Part shown: piece after piece, positions 8,305 to 17,258 of the stretch
Position numbering within the stretch: position 1 is the stretch's first letter
How the letters are laid out: every line of letters starts with the position of its first letter
Source of the DNA: an uncultured archaeon
Lineage (GTDB): Archaea > Altiarchaeota > Altiarchaeia > JAFGQM01
Length of the DNA: 30,496 bases
Assembly: GCA_964613935.1 (NCBI GenBank)
Contig: CAZTIX010000001.1
Coordinates: 1-30,496, forward strand
Direction of reading: 5' to 3'
Notes under the pieces: generated by a model
Told to the model about the DNA's origin: nothing
Databases searched by the model: none
What the model saw: only the letters and a program-made list of their open reading frames with translations
Translations under genes and position numbers: made by a program

Positions 8305-9474
8305 ATGAGAATCCTCTTCGTTTCTACAGATTTTCCCTACTCCTCGGGAGAGGGCTCGGTCACCCAAGGCGGCGGCGGAGCGTGCGTCGCGCAGCTTGCC
8401 GGGGAGCTGGCCGGGCGGGGCCATGACATAGAGGTGGTCACCCGCATGGAGCCGGAGCTGAAGAGCGAGCTGTTCGACTTCCCAGTACACCGCACCAAGT
8501 TCTACGACCTAGGGTTTCGCGAGAGCAGGATAACCCACTACTTTCCCGCGACCAGAGAGGGCAAGCGGCTGCTGAAGGAGAAGAGCTTCGACCTCGTCCA
8601 CACCCACAACCCCACGGCCGGCATGACCGGCTGCAGTCTTTCCAAGAAGTTCGGTCTCCCTCACCTCATGACGCTCCACGGCCCCTGGGCCAGCGTCCGG
8701 CAGAGGCTCTACACCCGTGCCATCGCCCGCATAATAGAGGGGCGCGCCGTCAAGTGCGCAGACATGGTGAGCTGCGACTCCCGCGCCCTCAGGCGCGAAG
8801 TCCTTGAACGGTATTCCCCTCCCGAAGAGAAGGTCGTCGCCATACCCAACGCCGTGGACACGGAAAAGTTCAAACCTGCCAGAAGCAAGTCTCGGGCCAG
8901 GAAGGGGATAGGGCTGGACGCGGACGGTCCCTTGGCTCTGTACACCGGCCGGTTCGTCGAGGAGAAGGGCCTCCCTCATCTTCTGGAAGCGTTCAAGAGC
9001 GTAGAGGGCGCGCATCTTCTCCTGCTGGGCGGAGGCTTCGACGAGCATCTGGTGAAGGACTGGCTTGCGCGCAACGGGAGCATGGCCGGGCGAATATCCG
9101 TCATACCCTATCTGCCCTACGAGAAGATGCCGGCGGCCTACAACGCCTGCGACGTCTTCGTCCTCCCCACCCTCGCCGAGGGGATGAGCCGCTCAGTCAT
9201 GGAGGCGATGTCATGCGGCAGGCCGGTGGTGGCGACGGATGTCGGCGGGAATCCGGAGCTGGTTGAAAACGGGAAGACCGGCCTGCTGGTGGAGCCGAAG
9301 GATTCAGGCTCTCTCTCGAAGGCGCTGGAAAGACTCCTTCAGAACTCCGGATTGCGCACGGGCATGGGCAAGGCGGCGAGGAGCTTCGCCGTCCGGGAGC
9401 TGGGAGTGAAAAAGCGGGTTGACGGGTTTATCGGGCTTTACGAAGAACTCCTTAAAAAGAGCAAAGAAAAATGA
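8305..9474 (+). CDS. GT4 (GT-B) glycosyltransferase
   Basis: The start is placed at MRILFVS (8305; the track ORF begins at 8281). Motifs: VHTHN, PNAVD, GRFVEEKG, EGMSRSVMEAM (EX7E) and TDVGGNPE. Confidence 0.92.
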   Translation: MRILFVSTDFPYSSGEGSVTQGGGGACVAQLAGELAGRGHDIEVVTRMEPELKSELFDFPVHRTKFYDLGFRESRITHYFPATREGKRLLKEKSFDLVHTHNPTAGMTGCSLSKKFGLPHLMTLHGPWASVRQRLYTRAIARIIEGRAVKCADMVSCDSRALRREVLERYSPPEEKVVAIPNAVDTEKFKPARSKSRARKGIGLDADGPLALYTGRFVEEKGLPHLLEAFKSVEGAHLLLLGGGFDEHLVKDWLARNGSMAGRISVIPYLPYEKMPAAYNACDVFVLPTLAEGMSRSVMEAMSCGRPVVATDVGGNPELVENGKTGLLVEPKDSGSLSKALERLLQNSGLRTGMGKAARSFAVRELGVKKRVDGFIGLYEELLKKSKEK

Positions 9475-10598
9475 AAATCTGCATGCTGTCGGCGTTCTAC
9501 GCCCCCATGACGGCCGGCTCCGAGGTCTTCACCGAGGAGATTTCCAAACGGCTGGCCGGCGACGGGCATGAGGTGGACGTCGTCACGGGCAGTTGGATGG
9601 AATTGCCGCGGAAGGAAACAATAAACGGCGTAACGGTACACCGGGTGCCGTCGGTGCGGCTGAGATACCTCGCGCTTCCAAGCGTCTTTCCGGGCATTCT
9701 TTTGAAGGGACTCTCCGTTTCAGGAGATTGCGACATAATCCACGCTCATCTGGCCTTTCCGCCCGGATTCGCCGGAGCCAAAATAAGTAGCATGACCGGC
9801 ACGCCGCTGGTTACCACAGTCCAGGGCGGGGACATGGGCATATACCCCGAGAGCGGTCTGGGCCGGTTCTTCCCCCTGGTCAGGCCTCTGATCTCTTGGG
9901 CCCTGAAGAGCTCGGACCGAGTCACCGCCATAAGCAATTTCCTGAAGAAGAAGGCGGAGTCCCTGGGGGCCGAGGACGTCGCCCTGGTGCGCAACGGGAC
10001 CGATATAAAGCTGTTCAACCCGCGCGGTTCGACCAAGAAGGTCAAAAAGAAATACGGCATAACAGGCTCTTCTGTCCTGCTGACGGCCTCGCGGCTGGTT
10101 CCCAAGAACGGGGTTGACGTTCTGATATCCGCTTTCAGAAGAATATCCCGAGAATTCCCTGACGCCCAACTGGTCATTGCTGGCGACGGTCCGGAGCGGG
10201 CCGCCCTGAAGAGGCAGGCCTCCGGGCTTCCGGTCAAGTTCCTCGGATACGCGCCCCGGGAGGACCTCCCCGCGCTAATGAATTCGGCCGACGCCTTCGC
10301 CCGGCTGTCGCTGGAAGAGGGGCTGGGCATAGTGTTCGCCGAAGCTATGGCGTGCAAGACGCCCGTCTTGGGGACGGACGTGGGAGGAATCCCCGACATG
10401 GTGGAGGACGGCAAAACGGGCCTTCTCGTGCCGCCCGGCGACGCAGAGGCCGCCGCCCAAGCCCTGGAGAGGCTGCTTTCGGATGCTAGATTGAGAAAAA
10501 AGTTAGCTGAAAACGGCCACAAACGGGTTAAGGGGGAATTCTCGTGGGAGTCTATCTACAAGCGAATGCTGGAGGTATATGGGGGGGTCCTGGAATGA
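9471..10598 (+). CDS. GT4 glycosyltransferase, 375 aa
   Basis: MKICML, IHAH, RNG, SRLVPKNG, EGLGIVFAEAM and TDVGGIPD. ATGA overlaps at both ends. Confidence 0.92.
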   Translation: MKICMLSAFYAPMTAGSEVFTEEISKRLAGDGHEVDVVTGSWMELPRKETINGVTVHRVPSVRLRYLALPSVFPGILLKGLSVSGDCDIIHAHLAFPPGFAGAKISSMTGTPLVTTVQGGDMGIYPESGLGRFFPLVRPLISWALKSSDRVTAISNFLKKKAESLGAEDVALVRNGTDIKLFNPRGSTKKVKKKYGITGSSVLLTASRLVPKNGVDVLISAFRRISREFPDAQLVIAGDGPERAALKRQASGLPVKFLGYAPREDLPALMNSADAFARLSLEEGLGIVFAEAMACKTPVLGTDVGGIPDMVEDGKTGLLVPPGDAEAAAQALERLLSDARLRKKLAENGHKRVKGEFSWESIYKRMLEVYGGVLE

Positions 10599-11713
10599 GA
10601 ATACTGGTAGTCACGTCCATCTTCCCGCCGGAGATAGGCGGGCCGGCCACATATGTGAAAGAGTTCGCCTCGCGGGCGAGAGACAGGGGCCACGAGGTCA
10701 GGATAGTGACCCTCTCGGACGCCAAGCCCGACGACCTTGAGGCCGTGGAGATAAGGTCCGTCAAGAGGGGCGGCAACAAGCTCCTGAGGCAGTCCGCCCT
10801 GCTGAAGCGGATAATGGAGTCGGCGAGGAAGTGCGACGTCATCTACGCCCAGAATCCTACGGCCATAGGGCTCCCTTCCGTCCTTGCCGGCAAGCTGCTG
10901 AGAAAGCCCGCGGTAATCAAATTCGTCGGAGACACCGCCTGGGAGAAGGCCTTCCGCGAAGGGAAGACAGAAAAGGGGCTGGAGGACTTCCTGAAGAAGC
11001 CGGACGCCAACAGGAAGATACTTCGCATAGAGCGCTCGGTCCTCAAGGGCGCCTCAAAGATAGTCACCCCCGGCCGGTTCTTGGCCAGAATCCTGAAAAA
11101 ATACCACAAGGTTCCCGGAGAGCGCATAGTGGTCATACCAAACGCCGTGGATGTGGGAAGCGTCAAGCCGAAGCCCCTCCGCCAGCGCGAGAACCGAATC
11201 ATAACCGTGGCCAGACTGGTGCCCTGGAAGGGCGTCCAGGACCTCATATCTGTCATGCCGGAGGTGCGCAAGGCGACTGGAGCCGAGCTCAGGATAGTGG
11301 GCGACGGCCCCTACAAAAGCGAGTTGGAGAAGCTGGCTTCCAAGGTCTCTCCCGACGGGGTTCGCTTCCTGGGCAGGCTTTCTCACGAGGAGGTCCTCCG
11401 GATAGTGGGCTCTTCAAAAGTATTCGCTCTGAACTCTCTTTACGAGGGGATGCCTCACGTTCTTCTGGAGGCCATGGCCCTGGGCACGCCGGTGGTCGCC
11501 ACAAACGTCTGCGGAAACCCGGAGCTGGTCGAGGACGGGAAGACGGGCGTCCTGGTGAAGCCGCGGGACAGGGGTTCTCTGAAGGATGCCCTGGTCAGCC
11601 TTCTACAAGACGAGAAGAAGCTGCGCTCCCTGTCCTCGGCTGCGAGGGATAAGGCCTCCGATTACAACTGGGAGTCTTTGATGTCCAGGACCCTGAAGGC
11701 CATCGGGCCCTAG
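10595..11713 (+). CDS. GT4 glycosyltransferase
   Basis: The start is placed at MRILVVT (ATGA overlap; the track ORF begins at 10544). Motifs: PPEIGGPATY, PNAVD, ARLVPWKG and EGMPHVLLEAM. Confidence 0.92.
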   Translation: MRILVVTSIFPPEIGGPATYVKEFASRARDRGHEVRIVTLSDAKPDDLEAVEIRSVKRGGNKLLRQSALLKRIMESARKCDVIYAQNPTAIGLPSVLAGKLLRKPAVIKFVGDTAWEKAFREGKTEKGLEDFLKKPDANRKILRIERSVLKGASKIVTPGRFLARILKKYHKVPGERIVVIPNAVDVGSVKPKPLRQRENRIITVARLVPWKGVQDLISVMPEVRKATGAELRIVGDGPYKSELEKLASKVSPDGVRFLGRLSHEEVLRIVGSSKVFALNSLYEGMPHVLLEAMALGTPVVATNVCGNPELVEDGKTGVLVKPRDRGSLKDALVSLLQDEKKLRSLSSAARDKASDYNWESLMSRTLKAIGP

Positions 11714-12639
11714 CCGCCCTTCATCTGTTCGACAAAGCGCTTCAGCCCCTCTTCTATACCTATCCTCGGCTTCCAGTCCAACTCTTTCGCGGCCTTGGAG
11801 ACGTCCGCGCGGGTGTGCTCCACGTCACCGGCCCTCTCGCCGGCGTGCACAATCCTGGAATCGCTGCCCGCAAGTCTCTTGATGCTTTCAGCCAGCTCCT
11901 CGATGCTGATTCGCCCGCCAGCCCCTATGTTGTAGGTGCCCCTCCCCTTCTTCATCAGGACGAGGTTTGCCCGAACGACGTCGTCTATGTGGGTGAAGTC
12001 CCGGGTCTTGTGGCCGTCGCCGAATATCTCCAGGGACCGGCCCTCGAGCGCGCGCCTTGCGAATATCGAGATGGCCAAATCGGGCCTCATTCGGGGGCCG
12101 TATACGGTGAAGTAGCGCAGGCTGGCCGTCTTCAGCCCGTAGACCTCCGAGAAGACGTTGCAGTAGTGCTCGGCAGCAAGCTTGGAGACGCCGTAAGGCG
12201 AGATGGGGCGGGTGGGATGCTTCTCATCAAAGGGCAGATACTCGATTTTGCCGTAGACGGAGGAAGAAGACGCGTTGATTACCTTTTTGACGCCGCAATC
12301 GGTCGCCGCCTTAAGGACGTTCAGCGTCCCCTCCACGTTGACCTCGTAGGGCTTTATAGGGTCTTCGACAGATATAGCGATTCCGGCCTGCGCGGCTTCA
12401 TGATAGACCAAATCCGCGTCTGCACAGAGTTCTTTGACCAGCTCGAAATTCCGGACATCCCCCTCGACCAGCTCAAAACCGCCTTCCGATTCCAGCCCCT
12501 TCGCGTTCTTCCTCTTGAGCTCCGGGTCGTAGTAGGGGTCGAAGTTGTCCAGGCAGACCACCGAGTGGCCCCTGCCGAGGAGCGCCTCGCAGATGTGACT
12601 GCCTATGAATCCGGCCCCGCCCGTCACAAGGATGCGCAT
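11710..12639 (-). CDS. NAD-dependent epimerase, UDP-glucuronate 4-epimerase-like, 309 aa
   Basis: TGGAGFIG, HEAAQAG, ASSSSVYG, YGVSK, RYFTVYGPRMRPDLA (GAE-like RPD[LM]A) and TRDFTH. Confidence 0.88.
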   Translation of the reverse strand: MRILVTGGAGFIGSHICEALLGRGHSVVCLDNFDPYYDPELKRKNAKGLESEGGFELVEGDVRNFELVKELCADADLVYHEAAQAGIAISVEDPIKPYEVNVEGTLNVLKAATDCGVKKVINASSSSVYGKIEYLPFDEKHPTRPISPYGVSKLAAEHYCNVFSEVYGLKTASLRYFTVYGPRMRPDLAISIFARRALEGRSLEIFGDGHKTRDFTHIDDVVRANLVLMKKGRGTYNIGAGGRISIEELAESIKRLAGSDSRIVHAGERAGDVEHTRADVSKAAKELDWKPRIGIEEGLKRFVEQMKGG

Positions 12640-12672
12640 ATTACCGCTTATTTGCCTTTTTCTTCACTTAAA

Positions 12673-12682
12673 TAAAATCCCG
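12673..12682 (-). promoter_or_regulatory. Putative BRE/TATA element (CGGGATTTTA) for the minus-strand epimerase
   Basis: Identical to 790-799. On the minus strand it continues as TTTTATTTAA, starting 38 nt upstream of the ATG at 12639. Confidence 0.45.
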
Positions 12683-12700
12683 CTAAAGATATCTGGCAGG

Positions 12701-13819
12701 ATGACCGCATATAGCAAAGGCAGGCTGAGGGTCCTCATGGTCAGCGGAGACTCTTCCCCTTTGGCCGACGAGAATTCATACTTCGCCAGGGTCCTCAGAG
12801 AACTTTCTGAATACTGGAGGATAGACGTCCTCTGCCCCCGGCGAAAGGGAGGAAAAGAGGCGCGCGTGGGCGACGTGAGAATCTTCTCCTCGATTGCCCC
12901 CAAGCCACTGTACATGCTGAACACTCTGCATCCGAAACTGAGGGGCAAGAGCTACGATCTGGTAGTCGCCCAGGATCCCGCCCTCTACGGCATGCTCGCG
13001 TGCAGAATAGCCCACAAGAAGACCACCAAGCTCATCTTCGAGCTGCACGGCTATTATCTTGACGACCCCCGCTGGCGGGCCGCAAGCTGGAAGAACCGCC
13101 TGCTCTCCTGGCTGGGTCGCAGGAACCTCGGCAAGGCGGATTTCATCCGCATTGTCAGCAAGGGCATAGCGGACATGCCGTCTCTCTCGAAGATTCCCGA
13201 ATCCAGGATACTCTACGTCCCCAGCAACTACGTGAACCTCGAAAAGTTCAAGCCGTCAAAAAAAGGGATGTTCGGCAAACCAACGGTGCTGTTCGTCGGA
13301 AGGCTGGTCCCCGGCAAGAGCCTGGAGACTCTCCTGGAGGCCTTCGGGGCCGTGCGCAGGGAGGCAGACGCCCAGCTCGTCATAGTCGGCAGGGGCCCGG
13401 AGGAGAAGCATCTCAGGAAGAGGGCTAGCGAGCTCGGCCTCTCCGAAAGCGTCCGCTTCCCGGGTTTCGTGCCCAACGAAGAGCTGCCCTCTTACTATTC
13501 TTCCGCCGAGCTCTTCGCCATGCCCTCACTCCACGAGGGCGGGCCCAGAGCGGTCTTCGAGGCGATGGCCTGCGGTACCCCGCCCGTCTCGACCCCTGTC
13601 GGCCAGGTCCCGGACGTGGTGGAGGACGGCGGGAGCGGCGTGGTGCTGAGCTCCTTCGAGCCCGGCCAGATGGCGGAGGCGCTGTCCGGCCTCCTTAAGG
13701 ACCAAAAGCGGCGGTCGAAGATGGGCCGGGCCGCTCGCAAGAGGGCGAGGGAGAAGTGCGAGTGGAGCAAGCTGATTCGCAACTACGCGAAGACTTACAT
13801 AAAGGCGGTGGGAAAATGA
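12701..13819 (+). CDS. GT4 glycosyltransferase
   Basis: The start is placed at ATG 12701; the track ORF at 12605 overlaps the divergent gene. Motifs: RVLMVSGD, AQDP, GRLVPGKS, EGGPRAVFEAM and TPVG. Confidence 0.9.
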   Translation: MTAYSKGRLRVLMVSGDSSPLADENSYFARVLRELSEYWRIDVLCPRRKGGKEARVGDVRIFSSIAPKPLYMLNTLHPKLRGKSYDLVVAQDPALYGMLACRIAHKKTTKLIFELHGYYLDDPRWRAASWKNRLLSWLGRRNLGKADFIRIVSKGIADMPSLSKIPESRILYVPSNYVNLEKFKPSKKGMFGKPTVLFVGRLVPGKSLETLLEAFGAVRREADAQLVIVGRGPEEKHLRKRASELGLSESVRFPGFVPNEELPSYYSSAELFAMPSLHEGGPRAVFEAMACGTPPVSTPVGQVPDVVEDGGSGVVLSSFEPGQMAEALSGLLKDQKRRSKMGRAARKRAREKCEWSKLIRNYAKTYIKAVGK

Positions 13820-14919
13820 GCGGGCCCAAATCAAGAAAAACGAACGTCCTGATGATAACCCAGAAGATGGACAAGGACGATGACATCCTGGGCTTCATGC
13901 ACAAGTGGGCGGAGAAGCTTGCGGAGCGCGTGGGAGAGCTGCACGTCACGGCCCTCTCCGTTGGGAGGCACGAGCTGCCCCCGAACGCGCATGTTCATTC
14001 TCTGGGGAAGGAGGAGGGGGCAGGCAAACTGAAGCGCCTTTTCAGGTTGTACTCCACGGCCCTCCGCCTCCTATCGCGCGGGAAAGCCGACGTTATCTTC
14101 GTGCACATGAACCAGATTTACGTCTTCTTGCTCTATCCGCTGGCCAAGCTCTTCGGCAAGCCGATTGTCCTTTGGAAGACTCATGGCAATCTGCCCTGGA
14201 GAGTCAGGGCCGCGGCCCGTCTCTGCGACGCGGTCGCCACGGCCTCCGAGGAGAGCTTCGCCGTCGAGACCTCCAAGCGGCGCGTGCTCGGCCACGGCAT
14301 AGACACCTCAGTTTTCAAGCCGCGCGGCAAGAAGAGAGGGAGCGGGGGGCCAGGCGAAGAGAAAACCATTCTCACGGCCGGCCGCATTTCTCCTGTGAAG
14401 GATTACGATTGCCTGACGGAAGCGATGGCCATTCTGGCCGGGAGAGAGGATGCGCCCAACCTCCGGCTGGACATAGCCGGCGGATCGGCCACTTCGGCCG
14501 ACAGGGAATATATGAAAGAGCTCCGCAAAAAGGTAGGAAAGCTGGAGCTGGATGAAAGGGTCAGGTTCTTAGGCTCGGTTCCCCATGCGGAAATGCCGGG
14601 ACTCTACCGGGGCTGCGACGCCTTCGTGAGCGCGAGCAGGACGGGCAGCATAGACAAGGCCGTTCTCGAGGCCATGGCCTGCGGCAGACCTGCTCTCACC
14701 TCCAACGATGCGTTCGGGCCGGTGCTGAAGGGTAGCGAAGAGCTGCTGATGTTCTCCGGCCCCGAGGACCTGGCCGTGAAGCTGGAGAGGGTTTTGAACC
14801 TCTCGCCCAAGGAGCGCGCCGAGCTCGGGAAGCGGCTGAGGGAGACGGTGGTGAAAGACCACAATCTGGATCGCCTGGCGAACCGCATTTGCGCGCTGTT
14901 CCGGGAGCTCTCTGGATGA
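13816..14919 (+). CDS. GT4 glycosyltransferase with a variant EX7E motif
   Basis: ATGA overlap start. Motifs: MITQKMDKDDDILGF, FVHMN, GHGID, GRISPVKD and TGSIDKAVLEAM. Confidence 0.9.
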   Translation: MSGPKSRKTNVLMITQKMDKDDDILGFMHKWAEKLAERVGELHVTALSVGRHELPPNAHVHSLGKEEGAGKLKRLFRLYSTALRLLSRGKADVIFVHMNQIYVFLLYPLAKLFGKPIVLWKTHGNLPWRVRAAARLCDAVATASEESFAVETSKRRVLGHGIDTSVFKPRGKKRGSGGPGEEKTILTAGRISPVKDYDCLTEAMAILAGREDAPNLRLDIAGGSATSADREYMKELRKKVGKLELDERVRFLGSVPHAEMPGLYRGCDAFVSASRTGSIDKAVLEAMACGRPALTSNDAFGPVLKGSEELLMFSGPEDLAVKLERVLNLSPKERAELGKRLRETVVKDHNLDRLANRICALFRELSG

Positions 14920-14979
14920 CTTCGCCAACCATCTCTTTTTCAACAAGCAACCTCAATTAAAGTTTTCCTGCGCACTAAC

Positions 14980-16410
14980 ATGAAGGTCTTTGTCATAGGT
15001 CTGGACGGATGCAACTGGGAGATTTTGGACAAGCTCATCAAAAAGGGAGACCTGCCGAACATAGCGCGCATAAAGAAGGAGGGAGCCCGGGGCAGTCTGG
15101 AGAGCTGCCTTCCGCCGGTGACGGCCCCCAACTGGAAGTGCTACTCGACCGGCAAGAACCCTGGCAAGCTGGGGGTCTTCTGGTGGGAGAGTATCGACTG
15201 CGCCAAGAAGAAGGTGAGCGTCCCCACGTCCTACTCCTTCAAGAGCGGGGAGATGTGGGACCGGATGAGCCGCGAGGGCAAGAGGGTCGCCGTCATCAAC
15301 ATGCCCACCACCTATCCGCCCAAGAGGATCAACGGCTTCATGATATCTGGAGGGCCGGACTCTCTAGAAAGCGGCTTCACCTATCCGAAAGAGCTCGAGG
15401 GCAGGCTAAAGAAGGAGTTCGGCTACCGCGCGCTGCCCAAGAGAGTCAGCCTCTTGGAGTCCGGCAACCGCGAGGTCATAGAGGAGGTTAGGGCGGCGAT
15501 AAGGACGAGGTTCGAGGTCGCCAAGGCCCTGCTGGCGGAGGCCGACTACGACTTCGCCCACCTGACCATCTATTTGATAAACGTGCTCCAGCACTTCTTC
15601 TGGGACGACGACTGCGTCAGGAAGGCCTGGAGGGACATAGACAGGGGCATAGGCGAGCTCATGGAGCAGTTCAAGGAAGCCGACTTCCTGTTCATGTCGG
15701 ACCACGGCTCCAACCGGATAAAGGTCAAGTTCAACATCAACACCTGGCTCGAGAAAGAAGGCTACCTGGCCCTCCGCAGCAAGCCGTCCAAGGGCCTCCT
15801 CCTGAGGCTGGGCCTGAACAAGGAGCGAGTGGTCCGGCTGCTCACCAGGCTGGGCCTGAAGGATTTCGCCAAGAGAGTCGTCGGCGGGCGGGCCAGCCTT
15901 CCCACCTCCGCGGGAGTCGTCCAGAGCGCCGGAAAGGAAGGGGCCGTAGACTGGGGGAAGACAAAGGTCGTCGCCAGCGGACAGGGACCCGTCTATTTGA
16001 ACATACCCAGGAAATCCCCGGAATACCGCCGGGTCAGGGACGAGATAATAGGAAAGCTAGAGAACCTCGAGCATCGGGGTATCAAAATCGCCAAGAAGGT
16101 CCACACGCGGGATGAGATATACTCGGGCCCATATCTCAAGAAGGCTCCCGACCTGATAATCGACCAGGGCGAGAACGTCCACATAACCGGCTCCCTGGGC
16201 TTTGAAAAGGTTTTCAGCAAACCCTCCAAATGGCGAGGCGAGAACTCCAAGTTCGGGGTGTTCATGGCCCGCGGACCCAGAATCAAGAAAGGCAAGGTCA
16301 AAAAGCCGCACATACTCGACCTGGCCCCCACCGCGCTCAAACTGATGGGCATGGAGCCGGGGAGAGGGTTGGACGGCAGAGCCTTGAATATAATCTCCTC
16401 GAGCAGCTGA
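14980..16410 (+). CDS. Alkaline phosphatase superfamily protein (nucleotide pyrophosphatase/phosphodiesterase-like), 476 aa
   Basis: IGLDG, PPVTAPNWKCYSTGKNPG (predicted nucleophile Thr48), DVLQH-like INVLQHFFW, SDHG, APDL and a C-terminal HILDLAPT. No signal peptide. Confidence 0.88.
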   Translation: MKVFVIGLDGCNWEILDKLIKKGDLPNIARIKKEGARGSLESCLPPVTAPNWKCYSTGKNPGKLGVFWWESIDCAKKKVSVPTSYSFKSGEMWDRMSREGKRVAVINMPTTYPPKRINGFMISGGPDSLESGFTYPKELEGRLKKEFGYRALPKRVSLLESGNREVIEEVRAAIRTRFEVAKALLAEADYDFAHLTIYLINVLQHFFWDDDCVRKAWRDIDRGIGELMEQFKEADFLFMSDHGSNRIKVKFNINTWLEKEGYLALRSKPSKGLLLRLGLNKERVVRLLTRLGLKDFAKRVVGGRASLPTSAGVVQSAGKEGAVDWGKTKVVASGQGPVYLNIPRKSPEYRRVRDEIIGKLENLEHRGIKIAKKVHTRDEIYSGPYLKKAPDLIIDQGENVHITGSLGFEKVFSKPSKWRGENSKFGVFMARGPRIKKGKVKKPHILDLAPTALKLMGMEPGRGLDGRALNIISSSS

Positions 16411-16466
16411 GACCCGAAATCACTTTTCAACCGTAAATCGCAATTTATTGGCTTGTTTCTTCCAAG

Positions 16467-17258
16467 ATGGACCTCAAAAAATCGCTCAGGCACGCCATGT
16501 TGGCTCTAATGCACGCCACGGGTATGCATCGCCTCTCTCGGAGCGACAGGAAAGGACTACTAGTCCTGGCCTTCCACAAGGTCCCCGACAGGGACGCTTT
16601 CGAGCGGAAGATGCTGATACTGAAGGAGCTCTGCGACATTGCGAGCGTTGGGGATTTCCTGGAGGGGAAGCTCGACCCGGAGCGCCTGAGCGCCGCCGTG
16701 ACCTTCGACGACGGCTTCGCCAGCGTGGCCGAGAACGCCCTTCCCGTTTTGAAGAAGCACTCGATGCCCGCCGTAATATTCCTCACCTCTGGTTTTCTGG
16801 ACTCGAGGGACAAGGGCCGCTTCTGCAGGGAGAATCTCGGGGTGCGGCCGGCCGAAAGCATGACGTGGGAACAGGCAAGGACGGTGAGCGAGGATTTTGA
16901 ATTGGGCGGCCACGGCCGGGGCCATGTGGATTTAGCTTCACTCTCTCCGGCGGACGCCTTGAAAGAGATTGCCGAGGACAGAGAGCGAATAAAGAAGAAG
17001 ACCGGCAAGAAGCCCCGCTATTTCGCCTACCCGCTCGGGGGTGCGAAAAACATAAGTGAGACGGCCAGAAAAGCGGCCGAGAGGGCAGGATATGAGGCCG
17101 CCTTCACCATACTCCCCGGAGTCAACCAGAAGGGCACCGACCGCTTCCTGCTGCGCCGCATATCGGTCGACCCCGGGATGTCCGACACCGCCTTCAAGTC
17201 CGCCGTCCTCGGCAACTACCGAAGGCTGAAAGCGGCCAAGGACGCTCTTGCAAGATGA
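16467..17258 (+). CDS. Polysaccharide deacetylase (CE4/NodB-like), 263 aa
   Basis: LAFHKV, VTFDDG, IFL, MTW, GGHGRGH (metal His pair), FAYPLG and LRRI. Confidence 0.88.
   Translation: MDLKKSLRHAMLALMHATGMHRLSRSDRKGLLVLAFHKVPDRDAFERKMLILKELCDIASVGDFLEGKLDPERLSAAVTFDDGFASVAENALPVLKKHSMPAVIFLTSGFLDSRDKGRFCRENLGVRPAESMTWEQARTVSEDFELGGHGRGHVDLASLSPADALKEIAEDRERIKKKTGKKPRYFAYPLGGAKNISETARKAAERAGYEAAFTILPGVNQKGTDRFLLRRISVDPGMSDTAFKSAVLGNYRRLKAAKDALAR

Noticed and set aside
9244-11566. Similar DNA stretches near the ends of three GT genes (GNPELVENGKTGLLV-type)
   Set aside because: This is the conserved GT4 nucleotide-binding segment, not a DNA repeat element.
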